In this document: piece after piece, positions 1 to 12,833 of the stretch
Position numbering within the stretch: the stretch's first letter is position 1
How the letters are laid out: each line of letters begins with the position of its first letter
Assembly (NCBI GenBank): GCA_032718475.1
Contig: JAUCBJ010003383.1
Span: 124,001 to 188,000 of the forward strand
Direction of reading: 5' to 3'
DNA length: 64,000 nt
From: Nemertoderma westbladi
Taxonomy: Eukaryota > Animalia > Xenacoelomorpha
Made by a program: the position numbers and the translations under genes
The notes under the pieces: generated by a model
The model's input: only the letters and a program-made list of their open reading frames with translations
Database searches by the model: none
What the model was told of the DNA's origin: nothing

Positions 1-738
1 GTCGAACGAGACCTGCGTCTCATCCGGTAACGGATCCGGCCCGTTGCCCTCCGCTGTTGCAGCTCCCATAATAACAGTATCCTCCAATCTCTGTATCTGT
101 CTGCGGATGTGGTTCCTGATACGCGAACCACATCTGGAAATGGCTGTGTGGGTTTCGATAAGTTCATTACTCCCCCCCGCGGGTACAGGAACAAAACCGA
201 ACCCCAAACCCAGGACTTCCATCTGTGCGTCGCTAATCTCTTTGGAGGATAGGTTGAGCACCCTCGTTCCCGCCAGATTCGGCTTCCCTCTGTGCACTCC
301 TTCAACCTGTAAACCCCCTCCCGCGAGGTGGCTCCTCACCGCCCATCCCGGAACCCCGAGAGTTTCCCCCGGTGGGTGGTCCATTGTAATTAAGGACCTT
401 AGTTTCCTCCCATGAATACTCTAACGCTCCCTCGTTTCGCATTCTGCTATCCTATCCGACCACCACATAACGAAACCGAACAAAACCTGTGCCTCCCCTT
501 CCCTATGGCTCCTCCGCTCGATGTTACGGACCAGCCGCAGGAAGTTATTAAACTCAGTTTCCCATTCCCTCCTCACGATTTTCAATCTCGCGTACAAGGC
601 CCCTAAATCCCGAGATAGAGCTCTTCTCACAAAGTCCATTGCCAGGGTCCAGTGTAACCGGCTCGCTTTCATGTAAACATCCCCCAGGTACTTTGGTACG
701 AGTTTCCTAGTCCGACATTCCCTGTTAAATTTTATCAT
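1..738 (-). mobile_element. Penelope-like retroelement, N-terminal part of ORF (runs off left edge; one in-frame stop at 421-423)
   Basis: Frame starting at 738 continues past one TAG into SIHGRKLRSL...GTRVLNLSSKEISDAQMEVLGLGFGFVPVP, the typical Penelope pre-RT motif; hammerhead-bearing repeat lies just upstream. Confidence 0.8.
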
Positions 739-877
739 AAGAGGTATCCTAATAATCTTTTGTTTTAGCCTAAATAAGTTGCGGAAGCCGTAAGTTGCCC
801 CGTTAAACTTAATTAAGATTAAACATTGAGATGGTACGGCATGCCGACTTTAGGGGTTGTTTGTTCATCATAAGAAA

Positions 878-1118
878 TATAATTAACCGCTGGGGACTCC
901 CCTGAATACTAACAAATTAGAGTTTACCGATCGATTTCTGGCACTCGGCCCTTTATCAAGGTATCCAATTAATTTAAATAAATATTTACACATTACGTTT
1001 ATTTATACGAGACGTTAAATATTTACAAGGATACCTTGATAAAGGGCTGAGTGCCAGAAATCGATCAGTAAACTCTAATTTGTTTAGTATTCAGTCGAGT
1101 CCCCAGCGGTTAATTATA
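878..1118. repeat. Inverted pseudo-LTR pair of the Penelope-like element (arms 878-966 and 1029-1118)
   Basis: ~89-bp arms are near-perfect reverse complements separated by a 62-bp AT-rich spacer. Confidence 0.85.
925..963 (-). ncRNA. Minimal type I hammerhead ribozyme-like motif (U3-A8 core variant)
   Basis: Minus strand TACC-TTGATAA-AG-GGC cgagt GCC-A-GAAA-TCGA-TC-GGTA: stem I TACC/GGTA, 3-bp stem II, palindromic stem III; second copy on + at 1032-1070. Confidence 0.65.
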
Positions 1119-1769
1119 AGACCTTTATACAGTTATAACTATGCGAAGTTTCGAAACTGTGCGAGTAACTGCTGATACATCTTTGTGGAGATGTGTGATA
1201 CAACGCCAACGCATAGTATGCCGATGTAGTAATATGGGTATTGAAATAATATTAAATCACTGTACACTCTTAAAGCTGCAGCGAAAAATTGTAGCTAATT
1301 TCCTAGGTTACATATAAAATAATAAAATTATTTTTAAGAACATTAATTTTACTACTTTACAAAAATTCAATTAAAAAATAACCAGGCAAATACATTGTGG
1401 AATAAACTATTTCATATATAAGCCTACACAACAGCCATGCGATGGATAGTGTTTATGTTATTATACATTTACCTGAGATAGCAATACAACATTTATAGTA
1501 GAGTCAATAGGAATACAGGAAGGATATTGGGATGTTGGATTTAAAAAATGCTGTCTGGGCTGGAATAGCAATACTGGTTGCCTATTACTATTCCGCTCTG
1601 GTTAGTCTACAACCGCAACTCCCAGCCAACTAGCTCCACACCAGCAGAGACTTGACCAATAATCATTCCCAGCAACTGGCTGCCTTACACACACATCCTT
1701 CCATCTATGTACCAGCATGTTGGCCAATAAATGAGCAGTATTTAATGAGAATCAATTTTTTATTCCGTT

Positions 1770-2182
1770 TTAATTACTTTAGATCAATTAAAGACACAAT
1801 TATTAAAGCAAATCACTTGAACTAATTAAAAACTATAATAGAATGGAGTATGTGGATTACATCTGTATAATTTTTAAGTATAATTATTGAAGTCTTATAC
1901 TGTAAAACAATTAATTTCCTTTAACAGGCAGGTTGAAAGTGCTGTTTTTACCGTAATCAATTTAATTAACTAATTAACTGCTATTATCTTAGCTTCTCGA
2001 AGGTTCACGAAAATTCAACTTGGAAAATTTCTAAACTTTTGCCAAACAACATGTGTACCAAGTTTGGATAGATTTCATCGAAGATTGGGCGAGTTATTAA
2101 CGTTTAAAATTGATCAAGAACGACAGGTTGATTAATGGTACCACTACGCTAAGGCTCACTCACTTCGTGGCTCGCCCCACAC
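1770..2182 (-). mobile_element. Helentron-associated (HINE/DINE-1-like) non-autonomous element
   Basis: Reverse complement of 41862-42345; shares GTGGGGCGAG end motif and AAACTTGGTACACATG block with copies at 8330-8546 and 15258-15430. Confidence 0.6.
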
Positions 2183-2214
2183 TGACAAAGTGTTAAAGTA
2201 CATAATCCTGTTCG

Positions 2215-4000
2215 ATGCTATATGGTTGCTTGAAATAAAAAAGAATTCAATCCTAGGCGTTCCAGGGTTTAAAACATTTACAACCTCCTAAAAATACCAG
2301 GCGAGGTGGTGTTGCATGGACTGGACGCCGAAATTGTTAACATAAATCGAGTGGTTTTATAGTGGTTTTATATATATATATATATATTATATATATAACT
2401 GTGGTTTTATATCTCTTAGATTCAATTTTCTTTCTGGTACAGCATTTATTGGGGGATATATAGAACCACGTGATTCACCTTACTTTAATGATGCGCTATT
2501 TGGTACTCTCCAGTCATTTTGCGAGGATCAAACGAGGAATAACATACTTTTTGGTGATTTTAACGCGCATATGTATAAACCATACAATGCTCATGGTAAA
2601 GAAATACAAAGAATATATGAAGATTATAATACAACTTTAGTCAATAACAATCCGCCTAGGGCAGGTGATCTTACTTTTTGGAGGAATCGCGAATGGATAA
2701 GTCAGATAGATTTATGTCTTTACACCGTTTCAGTCTCACCTGGTACCATTAATTTAACCATAAATCAAGACCTTAGTTTACCTTCTAATCACGCCCCATT
2801 AGAAATCGATATCAAAATTGACCGCTCTTCGCCAAACCACGTTCGTTTACTTAGGTGTTCTTCAGACTTGGGATCGACAATCTACGATGATTACAATGGC
2901 TCACAGAGTTATACAAATATTTGCATACCAAAGTCAAAGACGCTCAATATTCTAAGCTTTAAATATAATCTGCAACGCAATAAATTTTCCAAACGGTACT
3001 GATCCAATTAGCGCTATGGAGTACCTTACCAATATTTTGCAGTCTGAAGTCGACAAATCAGTTGAGAAAACCATAAAAACGAATTTATCAGATGACAGGA
3101 AATTAAATAATTATAAACATTGAGAATCGTTCGCATCCGAAAACAATCCGAAAACAATTTGGAAAAGTATTAACTGGAAAGGCGAGCTTTCTACTAACAT
3201 TGAAGAACGACCAGATGACATACAGTTTTGCGATCATTTCGAAAGTTTATTTAATAATAGTACTTTTCAGAAAGATTTCGAAAATATAGATACATCTAGT
3301 GTGCCATATATTCCGCTATTGGATGACCCTATCTCGCTGGTCGAAGTTGATGAATCGTTAAATGACTTGAAGGCTAACAAGTCAGCTACTGGGATGCCGC
3401 CAAAGTTACTAAAGGATTTACCAATTAATGTGGTAATTTTTCTGACCTTCATATTTAATATGATATTCGAAACCTCATCAATCCCTGTCCAATGGTGTTA
3501 TAGTTTGTTATGCATATTGTATAAAAAGGGGAACCCTATGATATGCGACAATTACCATGGAATATCTGTTTCCGACTCGCTAGCTAAGGTATTCGACTAT
3601 ATTCTAGCAAAAAGATTAACTCAATGGATCAAACCAAGTAGATGTCAAGCGGGTTACATTCCAAATTATTTGAGAGTAAATGCAACTCGTTATAGACTCA
3701 GCTCCCATAGACTTAAAATAGAGCTTGAATGTTGGTTGCGTATCCCCCGTGAGCAGCGTCTTTGCAGCTGTGGTCTATCAGTACAAAATGAACTACACTT
3801 ATTACGAGATTGTAAGATTACTCTAAGCGTCAGGCAGAGATGTAGAAGCATCGTTTATGATAAACTAAATGAAATTTTTGCATGTGACCCAAAGTTTGTG
3901 CTAAATGTACTGAAATTTTCAGTGCCTTGGAATTATGATAAAATATTGTGTCTGTGCTATTTATGTATATTTATACGGGACTGTTATAATTGATTGTTTT
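2215..4000 (+). mobile_element. Degraded non-LTR retrotransposon (APE endonuclease + RT start + C-terminal Cys/His knuckle; RTE-X-like), internally deleted
   Basis: GDFNAH, SQIDLCL, SNHAPL (endonuclease); LYKKGNPMICDNYHGISV..QAG (RT start) joined directly to RLSSHRLKIE..RLCSCG..ELHLLRDC; stops and frameshifts. Confidence 0.85.
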
Positions 4001-6029
4001 ATATAACCCTTTGTTGTTGTGAGATAAATTGTAGTAAAATGACATATTAGCTAGTAGGTATAGTTTCCAATTGAAGCGTGTTAGTAGTTATTTAATATGG
4101 ACAGATGACTATTATGAGTAAATGATTTGCCGCGGTAATTTTGTTTAGGTTATTTATTTATTTAACATTTATTTAATATTCATCGGTCAATAAATAATAT
4201 ATATATATAGACAGACCAGCAGATGGTTAGATAGGCTTTTCATTTTGTGCTAATACATATACTTAAGACCGTAATAATGGTAATGTTAAATAATAATAAT
4301 AATATTGGCCAGTGGGATAACTGTAACAGTAGTATTTTGATAACGGGTCAAAAAGGACCCCCATAATTTAAATCTCTGCACTTTTACACAATCTTTTCTG
4401 AACGAATTACTCTCACAACATGGAAACCCAACAACTTTTTCGATGATTTAGAATATGGAATGTAGTCATGGGTTGATAAGATAAAAGGTAACTTCATATG
4501 CAAATCGCATACCGTTTGTATTTTTGTACTTATTTGCTGGATCTCTGAACAATAGAGCTTTTCTTAGAATAGCTTAAGTTCATGGGGAACTGCAAACTGG
4601 CATCACAGTATTGAGCACCTGCCCCTACCCTAAGCCAAATAGTAATTATCCTGCAACTTTAGTTTAACTGAGTTTCTCTATAGATATGACACCTATATCA
4701 ACATGATCTATCTATATGATCGATGTATAGAGATCGATATTCGATATGGATAGCTCGATATATAGATCTATCAATATCAACAAGAAGGTGAATGTTTACG
4801 GAGGTTTTGATTCAAAGTGCCAGCCAATAAGAATATGTCATTTTCATTTCATTTATTAAAACATTTTCTGATACAGAATAACATTTTTACTATACTCTCT
4901 CATGTATTTATTTTGTATCTGTCTTCTATACTAACCCACCCTGCACACATACTACTCCAATGCATGCGAAGTAATTGATAACTTTCAATTAATTCTTAAT
5001 TCATAAAATTTACTTCCTGGCTCAGCAATCTAGTAAAAATTTCTCAGCTCCACTAAAGGTCATTTTTCACGAACTTATACTCGCACAAATAAATAATTAA
5101 TAACAAATATTTAGAGGAAAATTCGAAAGATATTGGTAAGATTCCGACAAAATTAATATTCACTTGTTGATATTCACTTTCATAATAAGTGAAGAGGGCA
5201 GCAAAAATTTTAAAACATTCATCATCTTTGTTGTGGAATGCTAAAAATAAAACATTTTGACAATTTAATAAAGTTAGGCCTTCAGGCTGTATGCAATTTA
5301 TGTACGAATGTGTTGTGTACAGCAAAGGCCTACCCACCTATCATACAAATATATTTTGTGCTGTAAATGGGGAAAAGTATCTGGCCTTAAGCATGTTGCT
5401 TTACTCATTTGCAATTCAACCTTCTTATCAATCAAGCACATCCCTCTGGTGTGATTGTTTGCAGTCTTTCATTAATTCGCTTCATGAATACTATAATATA
5501 ATCGCTGCTTCAACTCTGAGGAATTAATCTATAAGCTATGGTGTGTCAATGGGCCACTACTGCATCGCAATCTAAAAATAGGCGAATAGATTACTCTATA
5601 TTTTATTGCATTTATCACGTATCAAGTTTATCAAAATCCTTACAGAATCATACTTGCAGAGTGTTGAATGGATTTAACAGAGAAGCAGTTAGAGAATGCC
5701 ACTTTGAATCCATTGACAAGGATACATTACTGGATTGTTTTCTATTACAGTGGTTTTTTTATATACTCATCATCATGACCTTAATGTCGGTAAGACAAGA
5801 CATCATCGTATTCCAGTATGCATTGTTGGTTGTTTTCGGTACAAAGCCAGAAGATATATAATACAGCTCACTACTGATTTACCATAAACTGTCATTTACC
5901 TAAACTGATTCAAATCAACATGAATCCAATATGAATTTGTGATGCGACTCTGTGAATGTGACAGATTAGATAAGATTTCTACTTTTACTGCAACTGGCTG
6001 GTTTTAGGGCTAAATTCCCCCAATTATAT

Positions 6030-6990
6030 TAACCCTTGGTGCCATCAACAACACCAACTTTATTTGTCTTAATATCAATAGAAGCAGCAAAATCCAAAAA
6101 TGTGATACCACATTCGAGAATGTCTTGAGCACTGTGGATGACACATGATATCGTCCCTTTCATTTTCAAACAACATAAATGACAAAATTGACTTTTCCTG
6201 TAAAACAGCATTATTGGTTCTAATTTTGTTTCAAGTAATACTCCAGGATTTTGGTCTTATTTACTTTTAAATACATTAAATGTAACGATTTTAAACAAAA
6301 ATAGTTTTGGTATTGGAATTATGTAACATATTAGGTAGGAAACTATGTATATGGATATAGGTTGTTTCAAAAAGAATTATTACATTTTTTACAATTATTA
6401 CTCAAAAAGCAATAAAACCCTTAAGACAAATTCGAATATTAGGTTTTAAAAATATAAATCAAATCTCCCCCTATCATAATCAACAACAATTCTAGCTCCT
6501 GATTCGTTGTTTCGAATTTTATATCAACGTTTCCCGGGCTTTACCTTATTTATAATAGTAAAATGTATTATATAGGTTGTTTTAAAAAAAAATTTCGTTT
6601 TCATGCGGTCTATAGAAAACTAGTATATAGGTGGTTTTGAAACGATAAATATCTCAGTTATACGTGGGAACATGGCCTTCTAAGTGTGTTAATCGGATTC
6701 AGAATACATTTTAACATAAAGAAAAGCAGAAATCTCCATTTCGGCAAAAATGGCATATAGGTGGTTTCTAAATGAAAGGGATGATATAGTGAAGTCATCA
6801 GCAGTACTTAATCATTAGAGTATTGTCCATTTTCTCAAAGTTAACGTTCTAACCAGCTAGGTGATCAGATGGAGATTCTGCTGTTACCCTGACAGATGGC
6901 TGAACTTTTTTCCATTGAGGAGCTTAATTATTTGCCATGCCACTTCACAATATTTAAATATTGCTTTTACCAATTTTTAAAGTGCCGTAA
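6030..6990 (-). mobile_element. Old RTE-type LINE remnant interrupted by a MITE
   Basis: Minus strand reads approximately AWQIIKLLNGK..VRVTAESPSDHLAG (matches the RTE at ~51060-51170) and, across the empty MITE site, ADDFTISCVIHSAQDIL. Confidence 0.6.
6148..6787. mobile_element. Unclassified MITE
   Basis: 17-bp inverted ends ATATCRTCCCTTTCATT (including a TA or ATAT TSD); removing it restores an RTE reading frame. Confidence 0.75.
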
Positions 6991-8329
6991 TTGTTGGTGC
7001 GAGCAAAAATTGTTGGGCTAGAAACAAGCGAATAAGGGGTAACAAAGTGCCCTGAATTGAGTGGTGGGGTGTGTTTTTTGTAAAAATTATGTGGAAACGG
7101 TCGTGCAGAAGTAAGCCTGGGAAGCCAATTTTGGAAATCGGCTGCGATTGGCTGCTATATATTTGATGTCACTATGCTGTGCTCAGATAATTTCTTATAT
7201 TGGTTTCTATGGAGAGTGATTTTAGATCCATTCAAATACACATTTAATCTCAATCATTTCACACGTGGCTTATATCAATTGAAAGCGGAGAGTCTTGCGC
7301 GTCTTTTAACACTACAAATAATTAAATTCATGGTGATGAATATTGATAAAATACTGTTTGCAATTTCGCAAACTTGGTAGATTGCCTGACCCCCTATGCA
7401 AGCACTCAGCTCTAGCCGCCTATTGCATTGCAGTATCAGAGTAGGCGTATAGTTGCTTAAGTTCATTACATTGAGTAAACACGTTCGTGGGGTCATCGCG
7501 CAGGACGAGGGTCAGTTATTAGATACAGATTAAAATTGAACAATTCTATCCCAAAATCGGTACTTAAGGAATTTAAATAAATAATTTAGAAAATCTAACC
7601 AATCCTTTACTTTAAAAAAACTTTCGCATTGGCAGCTTGGCATCGATGTCATAGAAGTCCACAATCAAACTACTTAAAAAATTCAATGCATTCTTCAGTC
7701 CTCGGGTCTCGCTCATCAGTTAGTCCACTTTGCCCATAGCACTAGCGCAGTAGCAATACCAAAAGTCGAGGTCGCCAACGACACTGCGGCAGACAGTGAC
7801 GGTGGCCTTGATGGCGAGTTGTTTGAGTATCAGTACAATTCCAAAATGTTGCTGGGTATTGCAGTATTGGGCTGTTGGGGTACCTAGTGCAGTAGTGGAT
7901 ACCGGAACATGGAATAAAAGTAAGCTGGTACAACCTGACAATATGTCAGTCTGTCTTAAGTCCGCATAATTTCAAAACTTCCCAGATAATGCAGTAGCAG
8001 TACCACACTGACAGACTGACAACCAGCCTAGAAAGCTAGGCCTACCACATACAGCAACAGCAGTGAGCAGTACCGGTACTGAGTAGAGTCATCTCATGGT
8101 ACTGGTGTCGAACTCTGAACACTAGAATGCTGGAATGGCTGAAAGTGAAATAGGCCTCCCACACTTCCCAAGGCCACATTATTGCTGCATTGTACCGGTA
8201 TTGCTGAATTTCACACCCACTTGATATATCCTGCAGTCTCCTAGCAACCAGCTGATGTCAAGCCTAATAAATTTTTGGGTAGATAAATTTGTTATAACTG
8301 CAAGACAGTTACACAGATGCTGCACGAAG

Positions 8330-8546
8330 ACCCCACGCAAATTCAACTTGGAAAATCTCTTTTGATTTTTTTTTAATTTCTTTTTCTTACTTTTGCCAGA
8401 CTACATGTACCAAGTTTGGATATATTTTATCGAGATTTGGCTGAGTTATTAACGTTTAAAATTGGACACAACAGATCAACAGACACACCGATTGAGTTAG
8501 TGGTACCTGTATGCTAAGCTCGCTTACTTTCGTCTCTCGCCCCACA
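8330..8546 (-). mobile_element. HINE-like fragment
   Basis: Similar to 2005-2180 and to the reverse complement of 41862-42110. Confidence 0.6.
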
Positions 8547-10669
8547 TACCGCTGTACCACAAGTTATTTGACACAAGTTATTTTATTTGACAAGTTATTT
8601 AACAGCATATTAAAATTGGTAATTTGAATAGCACCCTGTGAGCATTCTGGAAACCAAACCAAATAGAAAAAAGGTTCAATACTATATGATAATTAAGAAC
8701 TTTTAGATTGGTGTTATTATATTGTTTGTTTTAGAACGATTGATGTTATAATTGTTTATTTCAGATAGCTATAATACCTACTCACATTATTTACCAGAAC
8801 ATTCTTATTCCTGGCTTCCAAGTAAATTCTTTAACATAACTGAAAATAATGGAATATCTGATGACAGGAAGTACTCCTTTAATACAATAAGTCGAGGCAA
8901 GATTATTGGGATCAGTGGATTCAGCTAACAACCGCATTTACTAACAGCAGTTGGCCCAGGAATCTGAACACAACATACCCCCCCCCCCCCCCCCCCACAC
9001 TCACTCCTGCACTCTCAAGCAAACCACTACATAGAGCCCGCATCCCCCTTCAGTGAAATTTGTTCGATTTCTTATCTTTTAATTGGACTGTAAGCGAGAA
9101 CTTGTAAGGTTTGTTACCTGCAATAGCACGCAATCCAGACAAACACATGTATTGATCTACCGTCATCAGTAAATTTGGCCACCGCCTAACTAACTCCAAC
9201 ATAAAGCCCAGCGGCGATATACCCCATAGAGTGTACCCGCCAACATGGTGGGTAACATTCTCATATTACTAACGTGAACGTGCTGTTGTCAGAGTTTCCC
9301 CATATTATACTTTCCAAGTGGGAGCCACTTGAATATATGATGGAGGTTCCTCCCCTACTCCAAATGTACCTTCATATAGCAATCATATATTAGGATATAT
9401 GCACTAACGCAGCATGTACGAGCATTCGTAAATGTAGAAATATTGTCGTAATGTTAAGTAATAATTGTGTTGACCAAAGTTTTCAACTTCTTTGTCCAAT
9501 CCTATCTATGTCTAGTAATCAGAACGAATCTATTTTTGTCCTTTGATTTCATTTCTTCATTGAAATATTTTATGTTAATTTGTAGAGAGCGGCCCTCCCT
9601 TCTTGTGTTTTATGTACTTATGTTAGAACACAAATAAATATCCTCGCCCCACCACACCCCCACAGGTGTAAAGTTCTATCAGAAATGAACACTGGAAAGT
9701 GCCCCTTTTATACTCAGATTTTTTAATAAAATGCTCTCCGGCTAGGAGTACCATAGATAAAGATATAGTAAAGAAGAACTAATCCATATAAATGTTGTAG
9801 CCCTGGAACCAAATAAAACCCCTCAGTCCACCATCCCATGTTATGGCATCCATATCATCCTGATCTCTTAGCATACGGCTGAGTGATCATCAATGATGAT
9901 ACTACACTATACCACCCACCCATCCAGAAGACTGACTTTCGAAATGTGGTCTATAAGCAATGAAGTACTTTACTATGATGGTGTCACGAAATGTCGTCTA
10001 TAAGCAATGAGGTACTTTACTATGATAGTGTCATCTCACTTCCAAAATACATCTCTGTAATGTAATCATGCTACGAAAAGCTAGCCGGGAGAATAAGCCT
10101 GTACATGTACATACATAGCCAAGTGCTATGGCAACCTCCTGTCTCTAAAAAAAATTGGTGGGCAGTCATTAATTTCCTAACGTCTCAATACCACTGGTCT
10201 TGAGAACAATGCCAAACCTAGAACGGCTGACAAAGTGATTTGCTACGGCTTTGTCACTGTTCTGGGTCTGTCGTAAACTGCACCTTAGTGCATCCGATCA
10301 TATGCCATGGAATTTTAAATACAAAGAAGTTTCAGATTTATAACGTTTCAGATCTTGAATGGATTCAAGTTGTCGTTTTCGCATTCCCATCAGGTTTAGT
10401 CATATGGTCCCTACAAACAAATGCATTTCAAACTATTTTTTAACCCGCCTATACCCGGTTTTGTTTTGCCACATAGACACCCGCTTTGGGTCAATTTGAC
10501 CCATACCTACAAAAAACGACTTTGTAGGGGAAATAATCAATTTCCACACTGCCAATATAATTATAGGGTTAAAATATAGTACAAGTGATTGTACAGAGTT
10601 ATATATCGATTACCAATATCAAGTTATCGATTGTTATCAATATCATGTTATCAATCGTATGTTCGGACT

Positions 10670-12433
10670 CTAGGTGCAACTAGTGCAATACGTTGATACA
10701 CGTGAATGTACGTCGCAGATGAAGTGTGCACAGTTGTCGCATTTTCGTGAATACTTTGTAGACCCAGACTTTTGTGGGCACCTGTAGCATCTCCCACGTT
10801 TGGGAACTTTGGGTGCTGAAACACTGGAGCCCACCAAGGATGTACTGAGCTGCTGCTCTCGCTGGGCTATAGTACGAGGTGCCTCAGCAATATGACGGGA
10901 TAGGGTACGAGACGTCATACTGATCTTCATAAGACCCTGAGATACCTCTGTTAGGTAATTGAACCTCGCCCGATTAGTGCGACGGGTTGTTGGGAAGAGA
11001 GTGTAATACACCACAAACCCGGCAACTGCAGCGACATCAACTACCACCATGAAGACCCGCATGGGCCAGCGGCGGGTGGCCCTGCGTGCTGTGAAATGAC
11101 CCACCATCGCATCCATCACATCAACACCACATTTTTGCGCATTATAATCCAAAATCATGCTGGGTTTGTGGGTCGCCTCGGCTGAAACTTCCTGATCAAA
11201 GTGGGACGATGATAACATCAGCACACACTTGCTTGCCTTTGGTATATACGAAACCAATGTTGCGTCATTGGTGTGGCCGAACAAAGAGGAATGGACTTGT
11301 CTTCCCCGTGTGTCAACGAACTCTTGGGGAACCTCCGGCTTGTTACGCCTGACAGTTCCTAGGTAGCTGAGCCGATGCTGCTTCAGTTCCAATAAAAGTT
11401 CCATACTACTAAAGAAGTTGTCTGCGCAAATGTTTCTATTAGTTCCAAATAAAGGCTGCGCCAAGTCCAGGACCACACGCTTAGACTGTCCCTTTTCTCG
11501 TGCTTCATTCGGAAGCCGGCCGCAATAAACTTGGCCATTGTATGGATAGAATGTCTCAGAGTCACATAGCCACCAGAACTTGATGCCGTACTTCGCTGGC
11601 TTTGATGGGATGTATTGCCGGAACGGACACCTACCACGGAATGGTGACAGCATCTCGTCCACAGTCACAGTCGGACCTGGTACATAGGACGATCGGAGAC
11701 GGTTTACAAACATGTCCCACACTTCCCGGATTGGGGCCAGTTTGTCAGTAGCTCGCCGTTCTACACGAGTCTCTTTGTTGTCAAAGCGAAAGTGGCGCAA
11801 AATTTCAACGAAACGATTTCGGGACATAGTGGCACTGTAAATGGGCCGGCCATATTCATTGTGGAAGAGTGAACGTACTGGAAGTCGATTGTCTCGATGA
11901 ACTCCTGCAAAGATAAGGATGCCGAGGAAACCATACAGCTCGTCGAGTGTAACGTCAGGGTCAATCGCACTGTTGTTCGTTGCGTCCAAAACGATCATCA
12001 ACATTTCATGTGAAATGAAATTGGTAAATGTGTCCAGTGGGGAAGACATATTCTTATCTCTCACATGTTTGGGAATGGACCGACCCTCACGAATGATATT
12101 GATGGATCGAACTTGAGAAGTTGGAAGACATGGCGTCTTGCTCCACTCAATGTTGCCCCTACGTGATACATATAATGTTGCCCCTTCACCTTCTCCATTG
12201 CTCTCCCCAACTCCTCCGGCATCACTCATCCCGCACTCATCCACACCATCTCCGGCAGACACATTGCTTCCAGAGTCTTCCACCTCACTCTCACCACCAT
12301 CCAGTTCATCATTGTCATCTATTGCATCACTATCAACTCCATCGCTGTCATCCAGGAACTCATCTTGGGACGGAAAAAGGTACCCATAGGCATTCACAGG
12401 ACGTCTTGTCCGATTAGGATAACGATTCGACAT
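10670..12433 (-). CDS. piggyBac transposase (PGBD4-like), 587 aa
   Basis: Acidic N-terminus; VDEMLSPFRGRC, KPAKYGIK, ADNFFSS and GVDVMD catalytic motifs; C-terminal Cys-rich domain CYRC..CDNC..CDVH..CTSC. Confidence 0.95.
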   Translation of the reverse strand: MSNRYPNRTRRPVNAYGYLFPSQDEFLDDSDGVDSDAIDDNDELDGGESEVEDSGSNVSAGDGVDECGMSDAGGVGESNGEGEGATLYVSRRGNIEWSKTPCLPTSQVRSINIIREGRSIPKHVRDKNMSSPLDTFTNFISHEMLMIVLDATNNSAIDPDVTLDELYGFLGILIFAGVHRDNRLPVRSLFHNEYGRPIYSATMSRNRFVEILRHFRFDNKETRVERRATDKLAPIREVWDMFVNRLRSSYVPGPTVTVDEMLSPFRGRCPFRQYIPSKPAKYGIKFWWLCDSETFYPYNGQVYCGRLPNEAREKGQSKRVVLDLAQPLFGTNRNICADNFFSSMELLLELKQHRLSYLGTVRRNKPEVPQEFVDTRGRQVHSSLFGHTNDATLVSYIPKASKCVLMLSSSHFDQEVSAEATHKPSMILDYNAQKCGVDVMDAMVGHFTARRATRRWPMRVFMVVVDVAAVAGFVVYYTLFPTTRRTNRARFNYLTEVSQGLMKISMTSRTLSRHIAEAPRTIAQREQQLSTSLVGSSVSAPKVPKRGRCYRCPQKSGSTKYSRKCDNCAHFICDVHSRVSTYCTSCT

Positions 12434-12833
12434 ACTAAATGATACCTCCGAAATTTGAGATCTCTGAGAGTGTTTATGTTTATCCAGTTACCTTTCAGCC
12501 TTTCAACTATATGATTAATATCAACATACAATCTCTACCGGTACAGCAGTACACTAAGATTCACTGGAGAAAATTCAAAATTCCCACATCGCTGTCATCC
12601 AGGAACTCATCTTGGGACGGAAAAAGGTACCCATAGGCATTCACAGGACGTCTTGTCCGATTAGGATAACGATTCGACATACTAAATGATACCTCCGAAA
12701 TTTGAGATCTCTGAGAGTGTTTATGTTTATCCAGTTACCTTTCAGCCTTTCAACTATATGATTAATATCAACATACAATCTCTACCGGTACAGCAGTACA
12801 CTAAGATTCACTGGAGAATATTCAAAATTCCCA
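12340..12833. repeat. 247-bp tandem duplication covering the transposase start and 5' leader
   Basis: 12340-12586 vs 12587-12833; only one substitution seen. Confidence 0.95.

Noticed and set aside
7660-8300. GC-richer block with short ORFs and recurring GCAGTA/TACCGGTA words
   Set aside because: No recognisable protein, splice structure or repeat boundaries; could be regulatory but unsupported
9940-10035. 47-bp tandem duplication
   Set aside because: Two copies only; ordinary slippage
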